Shown here: positions 9,830 to 19,579 of the stretch, piece after piece
Layout of the letters: each line of letters starts with the position of its first letter
How positions within the stretch are numbered: the stretch's first letter is position 1
From: Isoptericola halotolerans
GTDB lineage: Bacteria > Actinomycetota > Actinomycetes > Actinomycetales > Cellulomonadaceae
NCBI RefSeq assembly: GCF_013149785.1
Contig: NZ_JABEZU010000001.1
Span: forward strand, 124,001-188,000
Length of the DNA stretch: 64,000 nucleotides
Direction of reading: 5' to 3'
Program-made: the position numbers and the translations under genes
Notes under the pieces: model-generated
What the model was told of the DNA's origin: nothing
The model's database searches: none
What the model saw: only the letters and a program-made list of their open reading frames with translations

Positions 9830-9886
9830 GTCCAGGACCTCCGGTGGTGGGCAGGGCACCACTGTCCGCGTTCGAGGGCGCGGCGT

Positions 9887-10561
9887 CTACCCGGCGTCGT
9901 CGAACCACGGCGCGTTGACCCAGGCCTCGCCGCCGGCGGGTACCGCGCTCGCGTCGCCGGACGCCAGCCGGCGGCAGCGGGCCATCAGGTCGTCGAAGGT
10001 TCTCTCGTCCCCGGACGCGCCACCGCCCCCGGGGTGCCAGTACGCGAACGAGCCGAGGCCCCGGAGCATCACGTACGGTCCGCGGAGCAGCTCCGTCAGG
10101 GTGTCGTCGAGGGCGGTGAGGAGCTCCTCGGACCCGAGGTCGCAGGCGTCGCAGCCACAGTCGGGCAGGAGCGCGACCTCCAGCTCCGGGCGCAGCAGGC
10201 TGACCTGCAGGACTGGTACCAGGCCGCGCTCCCCGAAACGCCCGCCGTCCCCTTCGAGCAGGAGCACGGGCAGCGTGCCGGGGCGGTCGCAGGTGAGCCG
10301 CACCCCTCGGTCGAAGCGCCCGACCAGTCCAGGTCCGACGAGGTCCGCGTCCCAGAGCCGTTCCACCGTGATGCCGGGCAGCTCGCCCAGCACGTCGGCC
10401 CATGCGAGACCCCGGCTGTGGACGATGCCGTAGCGGTCGGGGTCGCTCACCCGCGAGTACTCCTCCTCACGGGCCTCCTCGCCGTCCGGGCGCGGCGAGG
10501 GCCATGAGGGGAGCCCGAGCGGGTCGTAGCGCTCGGTCACGCGCCGCACCAGATCGTCCAT
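9887..10561 (-). CDS. Conserved hypothetical protein (DUF6226-like, PDCGCDACD motif)
   Basis: EEEYSRVSDPDRY and PDCGCDACD motifs; leaderless start (TATCCT 6 nt upstream of ATG). Confidence 0.65.
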   Translation of the reverse strand: MDDLVRRVTERYDPLGLPSWPSPRPDGEEAREEEYSRVSDPDRYGIVHSRGLAWADVLGELPGITVERLWDADLVGPGLVGRFDRGVRLTCDRPGTLPVLLLEGDGGRFGERGLVPVLQVSLLRPELEVALLPDCGCDACDLGSEELLTALDDTLTELLRGPYVMLRGLGSFAYWHPGGGGASGDERTFDDLMARCRRLASGDASAVPAGGEAWVNAPWFDDAG

Positions 10562-10662
10562 GCCGTGAGGATAGGGCGGTCGCCTCGCCGTGCGCCGAGC
10601 CGGGTCCGGGCCTACATTCGTCGGGACATCAGCACGATAAGGGACGACGAGGGAGAAATGTC

Positions 10663-10926
10663 ATGACCATCAGCGGCATCATCACCGCGATCGTCATCGG
10701 AGCGATCATCGGCGCCCTGGGGCGGCTGGTCCTCAAGGGCAAGCAGAACATCTCGATCATCGCCACGATCCTGGTCGGTATCGTGGCGGCGCTCATCGGC
10801 ACCTGGTTGGCGAGCCTGCTCGGCGTCGCGGACACCGGCGGGATCGACTGGATCGAGCTGGCTCTGCAGATCGGGCTCGCCGCGGTCGGGGTCTCGATCG
10901 TGGCCGGGAGCTCGCGCCGTCGCTGA
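10663..10926 (+). CDS. GlsB/YeaQ/YmgE family (transglycosylase-associated) membrane protein
   Basis: IVIGAIIGALGRLVL..G..ISIIATILVGIVAALIG; 87 aa with 3 hydrophobic segments; RBS GGGAG. Confidence 0.9.
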   Translation: MTISGIITAIVIGAIIGALGRLVLKGKQNISIIATILVGIVAALIGTWLASLLGVADTGGIDWIELALQIGLAAVGVSIVAGSSRRR

Positions 10927-11050
10927 CCCGCCCGCTGCTCTCGCGCAGCGTCGTGCGGAGCGCTAGCGTCAACGCCACACGGCGCGTACGGCGAGCTCGC
11001 AAGGGGGCGGACCGGAAGGACTGGTGGCGCTCGTGCTCGGCCTCGCCCGC

Positions 11051-11887
11051 TCAGGCGTCGAGCATCGCGGCGAGCACCTGGACGACGCCGTGCTCGGCGT
11101 TGCTCGGGGCGGTGTACCGGGCGCGCGCGAGCACATCGGGGTGCGCCCCGGCCATGGCGTAGGACCAGTCCGCGGCGTCGAGCATCTCGACGTCGTTGAG
11201 GTAGTCGCCGAACACCATCGTCTGCGCGGGGGTGATGCTGAGCTCGGCCTGGAGCCGGCGCAGCCCGCGCCCCTTGTCGACGCCCAGGGGCATCACGTCG
11301 ATCCAGTGCGGGCTGGACACCACGACCTGGTGGGCGGGGCGCAGGTGCACGAGCGCCGGCAGGGTGCCGGTGGCGGAGTCGAGGTCGTCGTAGACGGCGA
11401 CCTTGAGCACCTCGTCGTCGACGGCGAGCAGGTCGCCCACGACCTCGAGGCGCCGGTAGTAGGTGCGGATGTGGTCGACGAAGTCCTGGTCGCCGCGCTC
11501 GACGTACGCGCCGCGCTTGCCGGCCAGCACGGCACCACCGTTGCGGCGGCTGCCCAGCCCGCGCACGGCGTGCACGGCGGAGGCGACGGCGTCGTCCGGG
11601 AGCGTCTCGGAGGAGATCTCGACGCCGCCACGGGTGACGAGGGTGCCGTTCTCGGCGATGATCACGAGCTCGTCGTGCCCTGGGGTCGTGTCGGACGGGA
11701 AGGACGCCGCGATGGTGGCGTGCTGGCGTCCCGAGGCCGGGACGAACGCGATGCCGGCGTCGTGCATCCGTGCGAGCAGGGGCCACAGGCCGTCGGGCAC
11801 CTCGCCGGCGGGGTCCAGCAGGGTGCCGTCCATGTCGGTCACGACGAGTCGGATCTCGCTCGGGCGGGGGAGGGGGAGGTCACGCAT
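11051..11887 (-). CDS. Cof-type HAD-IIB family hydrolase
   Basis: DMDGTLL, ASGR, ENG, VDKG and FGDYLNDVEM motifs. Confidence 0.92.
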   Translation of the reverse strand: MRDLPLPRPSEIRLVVTDMDGTLLDPAGEVPDGLWPLLARMHDAGIAFVPASGRQHATIAASFPSDTTPGHDELVIIAENGTLVTRGGVEISSETLPDDAVASAVHAVRGLGSRRNGGAVLAGKRGAYVERGDQDFVDHIRTYYRRLEVVGDLLAVDDEVLKVAVYDDLDSATGTLPALVHLRPAHQVVVSSPHWIDVMPLGVDKGRGLRRLQAELSITPAQTMVFGDYLNDVEMLDAADWSYAMAGAHPDVLARARYTAPSNAEHGVVQVLAAMLDA

Positions 11888-11935
11888 GCGTCCCATGATC
11901 GTTCCGCCACCGGGACGCGTGCACGACCGTCCGTG

Positions 11936-11949
11936 TGTGATCGCTAACA
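11936..11949. promoter_or_regulatory. LacI-family operator upstream of the GH127-like gene
   Basis: TGTGATCGCTAACA, 12/14 identical to the palindrome at 15872-15885. Confidence 0.65.
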
Positions 11950-11991
11950 TCGGAGGGCCCGGGATCCCGACCTCCGGGCAGAGGAGCCCTC

Positions 11992-14394
11992 ATGACCGCC
12001 GTCCTGCGGACCCCCGAGCTCGCCGACGTCCGGCTCGACGACCCGCGTCTGGTCGCCGCCACCGATCGTGGTCGCGGCTACCTGCTCAGCCTGAGCGCCG
12101 AGCGGTTCCTGCACGAGTTCTACCGCGTCGCCGGCCTCGAACCGACCACGCCCGAGGGCTACGGCGGCTGGGAGCGCAGCGACGCGGTGAACTTCCGCGG
12201 GCACACCCTGGGGCACTACCTGTCGGCGCTCGCGGCCTCCTGGGCGTCGTGCACCGACGAGACCTCGGCCGCGGCGCTGCGGGCCGAGGTCCGGGCCGGG
12301 GTGGTCGGCCTCGAGCGCTGCCAGGAGGCCTACGCCGCCGAGCACCCCCGCTCGGCGGGCTACGTCTCGGCCTTCCGTGAGTCGGTCCTGGACCAGGTCC
12401 AGGGCACCGGGGACTCCGACGAGAACGTCCTGGTGCCCTGGTACGACCTGCACAAGGTGCTCGCCGGGCTGCTGGACGTCCACGCGTACCTCGGGGGGCG
12501 GCTCGGGACCCGCGCGCTCGGCGTCGCGGTCCGCTTCGGCCGGGCCGTGCACCGTCGGGTCGCGGCACTGGCCAGCACCGAGGTGCTCCTCCGCACCGAG
12601 TACGGCGGCATGAACGAGGCGCTCTACCGGCTCCTCGCCGTGACGGGGGACCCCCGGTTCCGCGAGGCTGCCGAGGCCTTCGACGAGGTGGAGCTCTTCC
12701 GGGAGCTGGCGGCCGGCCGCGACGTGCTGCCGGGCCGGCACGCCAACACCACCATCCCCAAGCTGCTCGGGGCTCTCGCCCGCTACCGGGTGCTCACCGA
12801 GCGACCTGAGACGCAGGTGGGCCTGACCGCCGAGCAGCGGGCCGACCTCGGCACGTACCGGCGGGCCGCCGAGCAGTTCTTCGACATCGTCCTGCGCGAC
12901 CACACGTACGTGACCGGGGCGAACAGCCAGGCCGAGCACTTCCACGCACCGGGCACGCTGTCCGAGCGGGCGGCCCGTCAGGGCGTGCGGGGCAACGCGG
13001 AGACTGCCGAGACCTGCAACACGTACAACATGCGACGTCTCGCCCGCGGGCTGTACGAGCTGAGCGGAGACTACCGCTACGCCGACTACGACGAGCTCGC
13101 CCTGCGCAGCCACGTGCTCGCCTCTCAGCACCCCGAGCGGGGGACCACCACCTACTTCAACGCGATGGCGCCGGGTTACCACAAGGTGGTCCACACCCCC
13201 GACACAGAGTTCTGGTGCTGCACGGGCACCGGCATGGAGAGCTTCGCGAGCCTCGGCCGCACCCTGTACGCGGTCCACGACGGCGCCCCCGTCGTGACCG
13301 TCGACGGGTTCCACGCCTCGGCGCTCACCCACGACGGGCTCCGCATCGTCCAGGAGGGCGACGTGCCGGCGTCGGACACGGTGACGCTGCGGGGCGAGGC
13401 GGTCGACCCTGCCGCGCCGCCGGAGCCGGTCACGCTGCGGCTGCGCCTGCCCGGGTGGGCCGGCGAGCCGTCCCTCGAGGTGGACGGCCGGCCGGTGGCG
13501 ATCGAGCGCGACGGCGGGCACGCCGTCGTCCCCGGGTTCACGGAGGGTTCCATCCTGCGCTACCGCCTGCCCGCCCGGGTGACGGCGCACCCGACGCCGG
13601 ACGACCCGGGCTTCGTCGCCTTCCGCCACGGCCCCGAGGCGCTCTCGGCCGGTCTGGGGCCGGCCGACACGGACGCCGGCGAACCGACCGGCATCCTGGT
13701 GCGCATCTCCGACCACGACCCGGCCGCCCAGGGGGTCGTGACGACGCCGGCCGGCACCCCGGTCGACGAGTTCCTGGCGACAGACCCCTGGGAACGGCTG
13801 CCCGACGCCGACGACGGCTCGGCCCGCTTCGCGCTGCGGGGCACGCTCGACGCCGACCACCTGGAGTGGGCGCCGCACCGCCTGCGGTGGGACGAGCGGT
13901 ACGCGATCTACGTGCACGTCGAGGAGGCCGGTTCGCCGCAGGCCCTCGCCCGTGCCGAGCGGGCCGAGGCCGAGCAGGCCCGCGCGGCCGCCACCGTGGA
14001 CGAGCTGACGACGTTCGACGGCAACAACTTCGAGAACGCGAAGAACGTGCGCACGGAGCGCTCGGACGTGCGCACCCACGCCGGTCGCACCGGACGGGGA
14101 GCGGCGCAGGGTGGCTGGTTCTCGGTGGACCTGGCCGTCGAGCCGGCCGGCACCGACCTGGTGGTCACCCACCACCGGGACGACGCCGGTCGTCGGGCCG
14201 AGGTGTCGGTGACGGGCGCCGGTCAGGACCTGGTCACCGTGCTGGAGGTCGCCGGCGACGGCGCGGACGTCGACGGGTTCGTCGAGAGAATCGTGCCGCT
14301 CCCCGCGGGCGAGGGCACGGTCACCGTGCGCTTCGCCGCGCCGGACGGCCCGCTCCCGGTCGTCTACGGGGTGCGGACCGTCCGGCGCGGCTGA
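11992..14394 (+). CDS. Beta-L-arabinofuranosidase-like glycoside hydrolase (GH127/GH146)
   Basis: YGGWE, RGHTLGHYLSA, PWYDLHK, EYGGMNE, HANTTIPK, ETCNTYNM and FWCCTGTGME; no signal peptide. Confidence 0.9.
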   Translation: MTAVLRTPELADVRLDDPRLVAATDRGRGYLLSLSAERFLHEFYRVAGLEPTTPEGYGGWERSDAVNFRGHTLGHYLSALAASWASCTDETSAAALRAEVRAGVVGLERCQEAYAAEHPRSAGYVSAFRESVLDQVQGTGDSDENVLVPWYDLHKVLAGLLDVHAYLGGRLGTRALGVAVRFGRAVHRRVAALASTEVLLRTEYGGMNEALYRLLAVTGDPRFREAAEAFDEVELFRELAAGRDVLPGRHANTTIPKLLGALARYRVLTERPETQVGLTAEQRADLGTYRRAAEQFFDIVLRDHTYVTGANSQAEHFHAPGTLSERAARQGVRGNAETAETCNTYNMRRLARGLYELSGDYRYADYDELALRSHVLASQHPERGTTTYFNAMAPGYHKVVHTPDTEFWCCTGTGMESFASLGRTLYAVHDGAPVVTVDGFHASALTHDGLRIVQEGDVPASDTVTLRGEAVDPAAPPEPVTLRLRLPGWAGEPSLEVDGRPVAIERDGGHAVVPGFTEGSILRYRLPARVTAHPTPDDPGFVAFRHGPEALSAGLGPADTDAGEPTGILVRISDHDPAAQGVVTTPAGTPVDEFLATDPWERLPDADDGSARFALRGTLDADHLEWAPHRLRWDERYAIYVHVEEAGSPQALARAERAEAEQARAAATVDELTTFDGNNFENAKNVRTERSDVRTHAGRTGRGAAQGGWFSVDLAVEPAGTDLVVTHHRDDAGRRAEVSVTGAGQDLVTVLEVAGDGADVDGFVERIVPLPAGEGTVTVRFAAPDGPLPVVYGVRTVRRG

Positions 14395-14399
14395 CGGCC

Positions 14400-15845
14400 T
14401 CAGTACACGTACGGCCAGCCGTCACCGTCGTAGCCGAGCAGGTTGATGCCCAGCAGCGAGGCACCCGAGCCCGTGTAGTAGTGGTACATCAGCACGTCGG
14501 CGTCGGTGTCGCTGAAGACGGTCTGGTGTCCCGGCCCGTGGATCGAGCCGTGGCTGCCCAGGATCTGGGTGCCGCCGCCGTCCATGAGAGGCACCCCGGC
14601 CCGGTCGACGTACGGTCCGGTGACCGACGTCGAGCGTCCCACCATGATCCGGTAGGTGCTGTCGGCCCCCTGGCAGCAGGAGTCGAACGACGTGTACAGG
14701 TAGTAGTACCCGTTGGCCCGGTGGATCGTCGGCGCCTCGATCGCCCCGCCGCCGCGACTGGCCAGGGAGTGGAAGGCGGTGCCCGACCGCAGTCCGGTGC
14801 TCGGGTCGAGGCGGATCATCTTGATGCCCGACCAGAAGGAACCGAAGCTCATCCACCAGGCGCCGTTCTCGTCGACCACGAGGGCCGGGTCGATGGCGTT
14901 GAAGTCGTTCGTCGGGAAGGACTCGACGACCAGGCCGCGGTGGGTCCAGGAGCCGGAGGCGCCGGTGGGGCTGGTCGCCAGGAAGATGGCCGACCGGTTC
15001 GAGCCGAACGTCGAGGCCGAGTACCAGAGGTAGTACTGGCCGTTCGCGTGGTGGATCTCCGGGGCCCACAGGTGGGTGCTGCCGTCCGTGTACGGGTCGG
15101 CCCACGGGGTGCCGCCGGGGAACGCCGAGCCGGCGTCGGTCCAGTGGGTGCGGTCGGCGGACGTCTTGAGGGGCACGCCCGGACCGGTGCTGGCGACGAG
15201 GTATCCGCCGCCTGGTCGTTGGACGACCTCGGGGTCGTGCAGGCCGGTGTTCCCGGTGACGGGACCCGGTCCCGGGTAGCTCGCGGGGGTCCCTGCCTCG
15301 ACGGGGGTGAGCCGCCACTGCTGGTTCGCCCCGCCGGTGTCGCTGAACTGCGAGACGCGGGCGCCGTCGGCGGTCGACCACTCCCACACCTCCAGCGCCT
15401 TGCCGCTGTGGCGGTTGATCAGCCGGACCGCCCCGCCCGGGGAGTCGGCGAGGCGGAACTGCTGGTTCGCGGCCCCGGTGTCGCGCCACTGCACGCCGTC
15501 GGCGCCGTCGGCGGTGGAGCGTCCGGAGACGTCCACGACCTTGCCGCTGTGCCGGGACTGGAGCCGGTACCAGCCGTCCCCGGAGTCGAGGAAGCGCCAC
15601 TGCTGCCAGGCGCCGTCGTTGCGGGACCACTGGCCGATCCGGGCGCCGTCGGCGGTCGAGGTCTCGTAGACGTCCATGGCCTTGCCGCTGTGCACGTTGG
15701 TCAGGACGTACCAGGTGCCGGTGTCGACGGTGGCGGCGCGCGCCGGCGCCGCGAGCGACTGGGCGAGGACGAGCGCTGCGGCGACCAGGAGGGTCAGCAG
15801 GGCGCGGGGGCGGATGTCGGGGATGGTGCTCGATCGTGCTGTCAC
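14400..15845 (-). CDS. Secreted GH43 endo-1,5-alpha-L-arabinanase with an N-terminal ricin-type (CBM13) domain
   Basis: Signal peptide; three (Q)QW ricin repeats; GH43 motifs HDP, WAPE, NAIDP, FGSFWSGI, IEAP and GPGHQ; RBS GGAGGA. Confidence 0.92.
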   Translation of the reverse strand: MTARSSTIPDIRPRALLTLLVAAALVLAQSLAAPARAATVDTGTWYVLTNVHSGKAMDVYETSTADGARIGQWSRNDGAWQQWRFLDSGDGWYRLQSRHSGKVVDVSGRSTADGADGVQWRDTGAANQQFRLADSPGGAVRLINRHSGKALEVWEWSTADGARVSQFSDTGGANQQWRLTPVEAGTPASYPGPGPVTGNTGLHDPEVVQRPGGGYLVASTGPGVPLKTSADRTHWTDAGSAFPGGTPWADPYTDGSTHLWAPEIHHANGQYYLWYSASTFGSNRSAIFLATSPTGASGSWTHRGLVVESFPTNDFNAIDPALVVDENGAWWMSFGSFWSGIKMIRLDPSTGLRSGTAFHSLASRGGGAIEAPTIHRANGYYYLYTSFDSCCQGADSTYRIMVGRSTSVTGPYVDRAGVPLMDGGGTQILGSHGSIHGPGHQTVFSDTDADVLMYHYYTGSGASLLGINLLGYDGDGWPYVY

Positions 15846-15871
15846 GGGACTCCTCCACGTTGAGGGTGCGT

Positions 15872-15885
15872 TGTGAGCGCTCACA
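15872..15885. promoter_or_regulatory. Perfect LacI-family operator palindrome
   Basis: TGTGAGCGCTCACA, 27 bp upstream of the arabinanase start. Confidence 0.8.
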
Positions 15886-15952
15886 TGAGCTCGACCGAGT
15901 ATTCCATCGTTGTAGATGGGGTGGCAAGTACCCCGGGGCAACATCCCAGAAC

Positions 15953-16014
15953 GCCGAACATCCAGGTCAGGCCCGACATGGGGTGCCATGCCGGGCCGGA
16001 CCTGGATGTTCGGC
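15953..16014. terminator. Long imperfect hairpin downstream of rnj
   Basis: GCCGAACATCCAGGTC...GACCTGGATGTTCGGC outer arms with inner GGCCCG.CATGG/CCATG.CGGGCC. Confidence 0.65.
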
Positions 16015-16026
16015 CGACGCGGAGGG

Positions 16027-17712
16027 TCAGGCGTCGAGCACCAGGGCGATGACGACCGGCTCGCGACGCGAGGTGCGGGCCAGGGACCGCCCGACGGCGC
16101 CCGCGAGCCGCTTCTCCAGCTCCTCGCCCTCGGTGATGCCGCGCTCGGCAGCATCCACGAGCGCCTTCTTCAGCGCGTTGGTCGCCGCCTCGAGGCTCTC
16201 GGGGCTCTGCACGAACCCGCGGTGCAGGTACTCCGGCGGCTCGGCGAGCTCGGTAGTGCCCGGCTTGAGCAGGACGAGGACCGTCAGCACCCCGCCCGCG
16301 CTGAGCTGGCGGCGCTCGGCCAGGGTCTCCTCGGTGGCGTGGCCCACGGTCTGGCCGTCGACGTAGACGAGGTCCGCCTGCACCTGCCCGACGATCTTGG
16401 CCGTGCCGTCCTTGAGGTCGACGACGGCGCCGTCGCGCGTGATGAGGACCTGGTCCGGGTTCACGCCGGTCTTCTCGGCGAGGGCACCGTTGGCGTGCAG
16501 GTGCTTGGGCTCGCCGTGCACCGGCATGACGTTGCGGGGCTTGAGGATGTTGTAGCAGTAGACGAGCTCGCCGGCGCTGGCGTGGCCCGAGACGTGCACC
16601 CGGGCGTTGCCCTTGTGCACCACGTTGGCCCCCAGGTCGGTGAGCTTGTTGATGATCCCGTAGATCGCGTTCTCGTTGCCCGGGATGAGCGAGCTGGCGA
16701 GCAGCACCGTGTCACCCTCGCTGACGCGGACCTCGTGGGACTCGTTGGCCATCCGGGACAGGGCGGCCATCGGCTCGCCCTGCGACCCCGTGCAGATCAG
16801 GGTGACCGTCTCGGGGGCCATGCCACGGGTCTTCTTGTAGTCGATCACCAGGCCGCGCGGCACGGTGAGGTACCCCAGGTCCCGGGCGATCCGCATGTTG
16901 CGGATCATCGACCGGCCCACGAAGGCCACCTTGCGTCCCCGGGCGTGCGAGGCGTCCAGCACCTGCTGGATGCGGTGCACGTGGCTGGCGAAGCTGGAGA
17001 CGATGACGCGTCCCGGCGTGGTGGCGAAGACCTGCTCGATCGCGGGGACCAGGTCGCTCTCGGAGATCGTGAAGCCGGGGACCTCGGCGTTGGTCGAGTC
17101 GACCAGCAGCAGGTCCAGGCCCTCGTCACCGAGGCGCCCGAAGGCCCGCAGGTCGGTGAGCCGACCGTCGAGCGGGAACTGGTCCATCCGGAAGTCGCCC
17201 GTGTGGAGCAGGGTTCCCGCCTTGGTGCGGACCACCACGGCCAGCCCGTCCGGGATGGAGTGGTTGACCGCGATGAACTCGAGGTCGAACGGGCCGGCGC
17301 TGTACTTCTCGGTCGCCTCGACGCGGCGCAGCACCGGCTTGATGCCGTGCTCCTTGAGCTTGGCGTCGATGAACGCCAGTGTCAGCTCGGACCCGACGAC
17401 GGGGATGTCCGGGCGGTGCTTGAGCAGGTAGGGCACGCCGCCGATGTGGTCCTCGTGGCCGTGCGTCAGCACGATCGCCTCGATGTCGTCCATCCGGTCG
17501 GCGATGCTCGTGAAGTCCGGCAGGATGACGTCCACGCCGGGCTGGTGGTCCTCGGGGAACAGCACGCCGCAGTCGATGACGAGGAGGCGGCCGTCCTGCT
17601 CGAAGACCGTCATGTTGCGGCCGATCTCCCCGATGCCGCCCAGTGGCGTGATGCGCAGGGCACCTCGCGCGAGTCGAGGGGGGCGGCCGAGGTCGCGGGG
17701 CGCAGTGTGCAT
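16027..17712 (-). CDS. rnj: Ribonuclease J (beta-CASP metallo-beta-lactamase)
   Basis: PLGGIGEIGRNM, HGHEDHIG, NHSIPD, HTGDF, DSTNAE, TGSQGEP, HVSGHA and PVHGE; RBS GAAGGA. Confidence 0.96.
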   Translation of the reverse strand: MHTAPRDLGRPPRLARGALRITPLGGIGEIGRNMTVFEQDGRLLVIDCGVLFPEDHQPGVDVILPDFTSIADRMDDIEAIVLTHGHEDHIGGVPYLLKHRPDIPVVGSELTLAFIDAKLKEHGIKPVLRRVEATEKYSAGPFDLEFIAVNHSIPDGLAVVVRTKAGTLLHTGDFRMDQFPLDGRLTDLRAFGRLGDEGLDLLLVDSTNAEVPGFTISESDLVPAIEQVFATTPGRVIVSSFASHVHRIQQVLDASHARGRKVAFVGRSMIRNMRIARDLGYLTVPRGLVIDYKKTRGMAPETVTLICTGSQGEPMAALSRMANESHEVRVSEGDTVLLASSLIPGNENAIYGIINKLTDLGANVVHKGNARVHVSGHASAGELVYCYNILKPRNVMPVHGEPKHLHANGALAEKTGVNPDQVLITRDGAVVDLKDGTAKIVGQVQADLVYVDGQTVGHATEETLAERRQLSAGGVLTVLVLLKPGTTELAEPPEYLHRGFVQSPESLEAATNALKKALVDAAERGITEGEELEKRLAGAVGRSLARTSRREPVVIALVLDA

Positions 17713-17744
17713 GTCGTCCTTCCGCACGGTGGTCCGTGTCGATG

Positions 17745-17786
17745 GTCCGGTCCGCCGCGTCGCGGCGTGCGCGCCGCGACGGACCG
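17745..17786. other. Intercistronic stem-loop between sulP and rnj
   Basis: Minus strand CCGGTCCGTCGCGGCG-cgca-CGCCGCGACGCGGCGGACCGG with a perfect 10-bp inner stem. Confidence 0.55.
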
Positions 17787-17821
17787 GTGTGGTGCGGACC
17801 CTCGTGAGAGGTGTCCTGAGA

Positions 17822-19393
17822 TCAGTGTCCCCCGCCGAGCCGTCCGGCGAGCAGGTCGAGCCGCGCCATGGTGTCCGCGTTGGCTCCGACGATCGTGACC
17901 GACTTGCCCCTGGCCTCGTACTTGGTGCGAACGGCGTCGAGGCTGGCGACCGTCGATGCGTCCCACACGTGGGCCTTGGTCATGTCGATGACGATGTTGC
18001 GCGGGTCGCCCGAGTAGTCGAACTGGTAGACCAGGTCGTTCGAGGAGGCGAAGAACAGCTCGCCCTCCACAGCGTAGACCCGCTGGTCGTCCTCGTCGGA
18101 GGCATCGAGACGGGTCACGGTGGTGAAGTGTGCCACGCGGTTGGCGAAGAGCACCATCGCGACGAGCACGCCGACGCCGACGCCGTACGCCAGGTTGTGG
18201 GTCCAGACGGTGACGATCACCGTCGAGAGCATCACCGCGGTCTCCGACTTGGGCATGCGGCGCAGGGTGTCGAGCCGCACGGAGTGCCAGTCGAAGGTGC
18301 CGACGGACACCATGATCATGACGGCGACGAGGGCGGCCATGGGGATGACGGCGACGACGTCCCCGAGCCCGACCACCAGGATCAGCAGGAAGACGCCGGC
18401 GAGGAACGTCGAGATCCGGGTACGGGCCCCGGAGGCCTTGACGTTGATCATCGTCTGGCCGATCATCGCGCAGCCGCCCATGCCGCCGAAGAACCCGGTG
18501 ATGACGTTGGCGGCGCCCTGGCCCCAGGCCTCGCGCGTCTTGTTCGAGTGGGTATCGGTGACGTCGTCGACCAGCTTGGCGGTCAGCAGCGACTCCAGGA
18601 TGCCCACCAGCGCCATGGCGAGGGCGAACGGGGCGATGATCTGGAACGTCTCGAGGGTGAACGGGACGTCCGGGACGAACAGCGACGGCAGCGACTCGGG
18701 CAGGTCGCCCTCGTCACCGACGGTGGGGACGTTCAGCGCCGCGACCACCGTGGCGGTGGTCAGCAGCACGATCGCGACCAGGGGCGCCGGGACGATCTTG
18801 GTCCAGCGCGGCAGGAGCACCATGATGACCAGGCCGATGATCACCAGTGCGTAGATCCACCACCGGTTGCCGGCGTTCACCTTGTCGCCGAACAGGTGCG
18901 GGAGCTGGGAGGTGAAGATGAGGATCGCCAGGGCGTTGACGAAGCCGACCATCACCGAGCGCGGGATGAAGCGCATGAGCTTGGCCACGCCGAGCACGCC
19001 GAGCACCACCTGGAACACCCCCGCGAGGATGACGGTGGCGATGAAGTAGTCGACGCCGTAGTCACGGGCGACCGGGGCGATGACGAGGGCGATGGCCCCG
19101 GTGGCCGCGGAGATCATGGCGGGACGCCCGCCGAGGAACGCGATGGAGACCGCCATGGTGAACGAGGCGAAGAGGCCGATCCGGGGGTCCACGCCCGCGA
19201 TGATCGAGAAGGCGATCGCCTCGGGGATGAGCGCCAGGGCGACGACGAGGCCGGCGAGGACCTCCGTCTTGAGGATGCGGGGCGACTTCAGGGCTGCCAT
19301 GACGGAGTAGGTCTGGCTCGCCTCCGGCGCGCCGGAGACCGGCTGGGGCGTCGGCGCGGGATCGGGCAGGGGCATGCGGGAGTCGTTCGACAC
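17822..19393 (-). CDS. SulP family inorganic anion transporter with STAS domain
   Basis: EVLAGLVVALALIPEAIAFS, GGRPAMISAATGA, ESLLTA, GGMGGCAMIGQ and STAS GELFFASS..D.S; RBS GAAGGAAG. Confidence 0.95.
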   Translation of the reverse strand: MSNDSRMPLPDPAPTPQPVSGAPEASQTYSVMAALKSPRILKTEVLAGLVVALALIPEAIAFSIIAGVDPRIGLFASFTMAVSIAFLGGRPAMISAATGAIALVIAPVARDYGVDYFIATVILAGVFQVVLGVLGVAKLMRFIPRSVMVGFVNALAILIFTSQLPHLFGDKVNAGNRWWIYALVIIGLVIMVLLPRWTKIVPAPLVAIVLLTTATVVAALNVPTVGDEGDLPESLPSLFVPDVPFTLETFQIIAPFALAMALVGILESLLTAKLVDDVTDTHSNKTREAWGQGAANVITGFFGGMGGCAMIGQTMINVKASGARTRISTFLAGVFLLILVVGLGDVVAVIPMAALVAVMIMVSVGTFDWHSVRLDTLRRMPKSETAVMLSTVIVTVWTHNLAYGVGVGVLVAMVLFANRVAHFTTVTRLDASDEDDQRVYAVEGELFFASSNDLVYQFDYSGDPRNIVIDMTKAHVWDASTVASLDAVRTKYEARGKSVTIVGANADTMARLDLLAGRLGGGH

Positions 19394-19551
19394 GCAGCTT
19401 CCTTCGGTTCGGCGGGCGCGTGCGCCCGGGACCAGGTCACGGGACTCGGTCGGTGTGGACAGGACTGAGGCACGCGACGCTGCGTACGAGCAAGAGGTGG
19501 GTGGCGTCGGCCCTCCGTGGGCGTGGGCACACCGGAGGGCCGAGCCGTGCA

Positions 19552-19579
19552 GAACTCTACCCTAACGTCAAGGCAGGTT
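19552..19579 (-). promoter_or_regulatory. Candidate MerR operator overlapping the -10 (TAGAGT) of the sulP promoter
   Basis: Minus strand AAACCTGCCTTGAC|GTTAGGGTAGAGTT imperfect dyad; 17/24 identical to the site upstream of merR. Confidence 0.6.

Noticed and set aside
15872..15885. lacO-like sequence as possible vector contamination
   Set aside because: It lacks the full AATT flanks and any vector context, and a degenerate sister site lies before the functionally related GH127-like gene.
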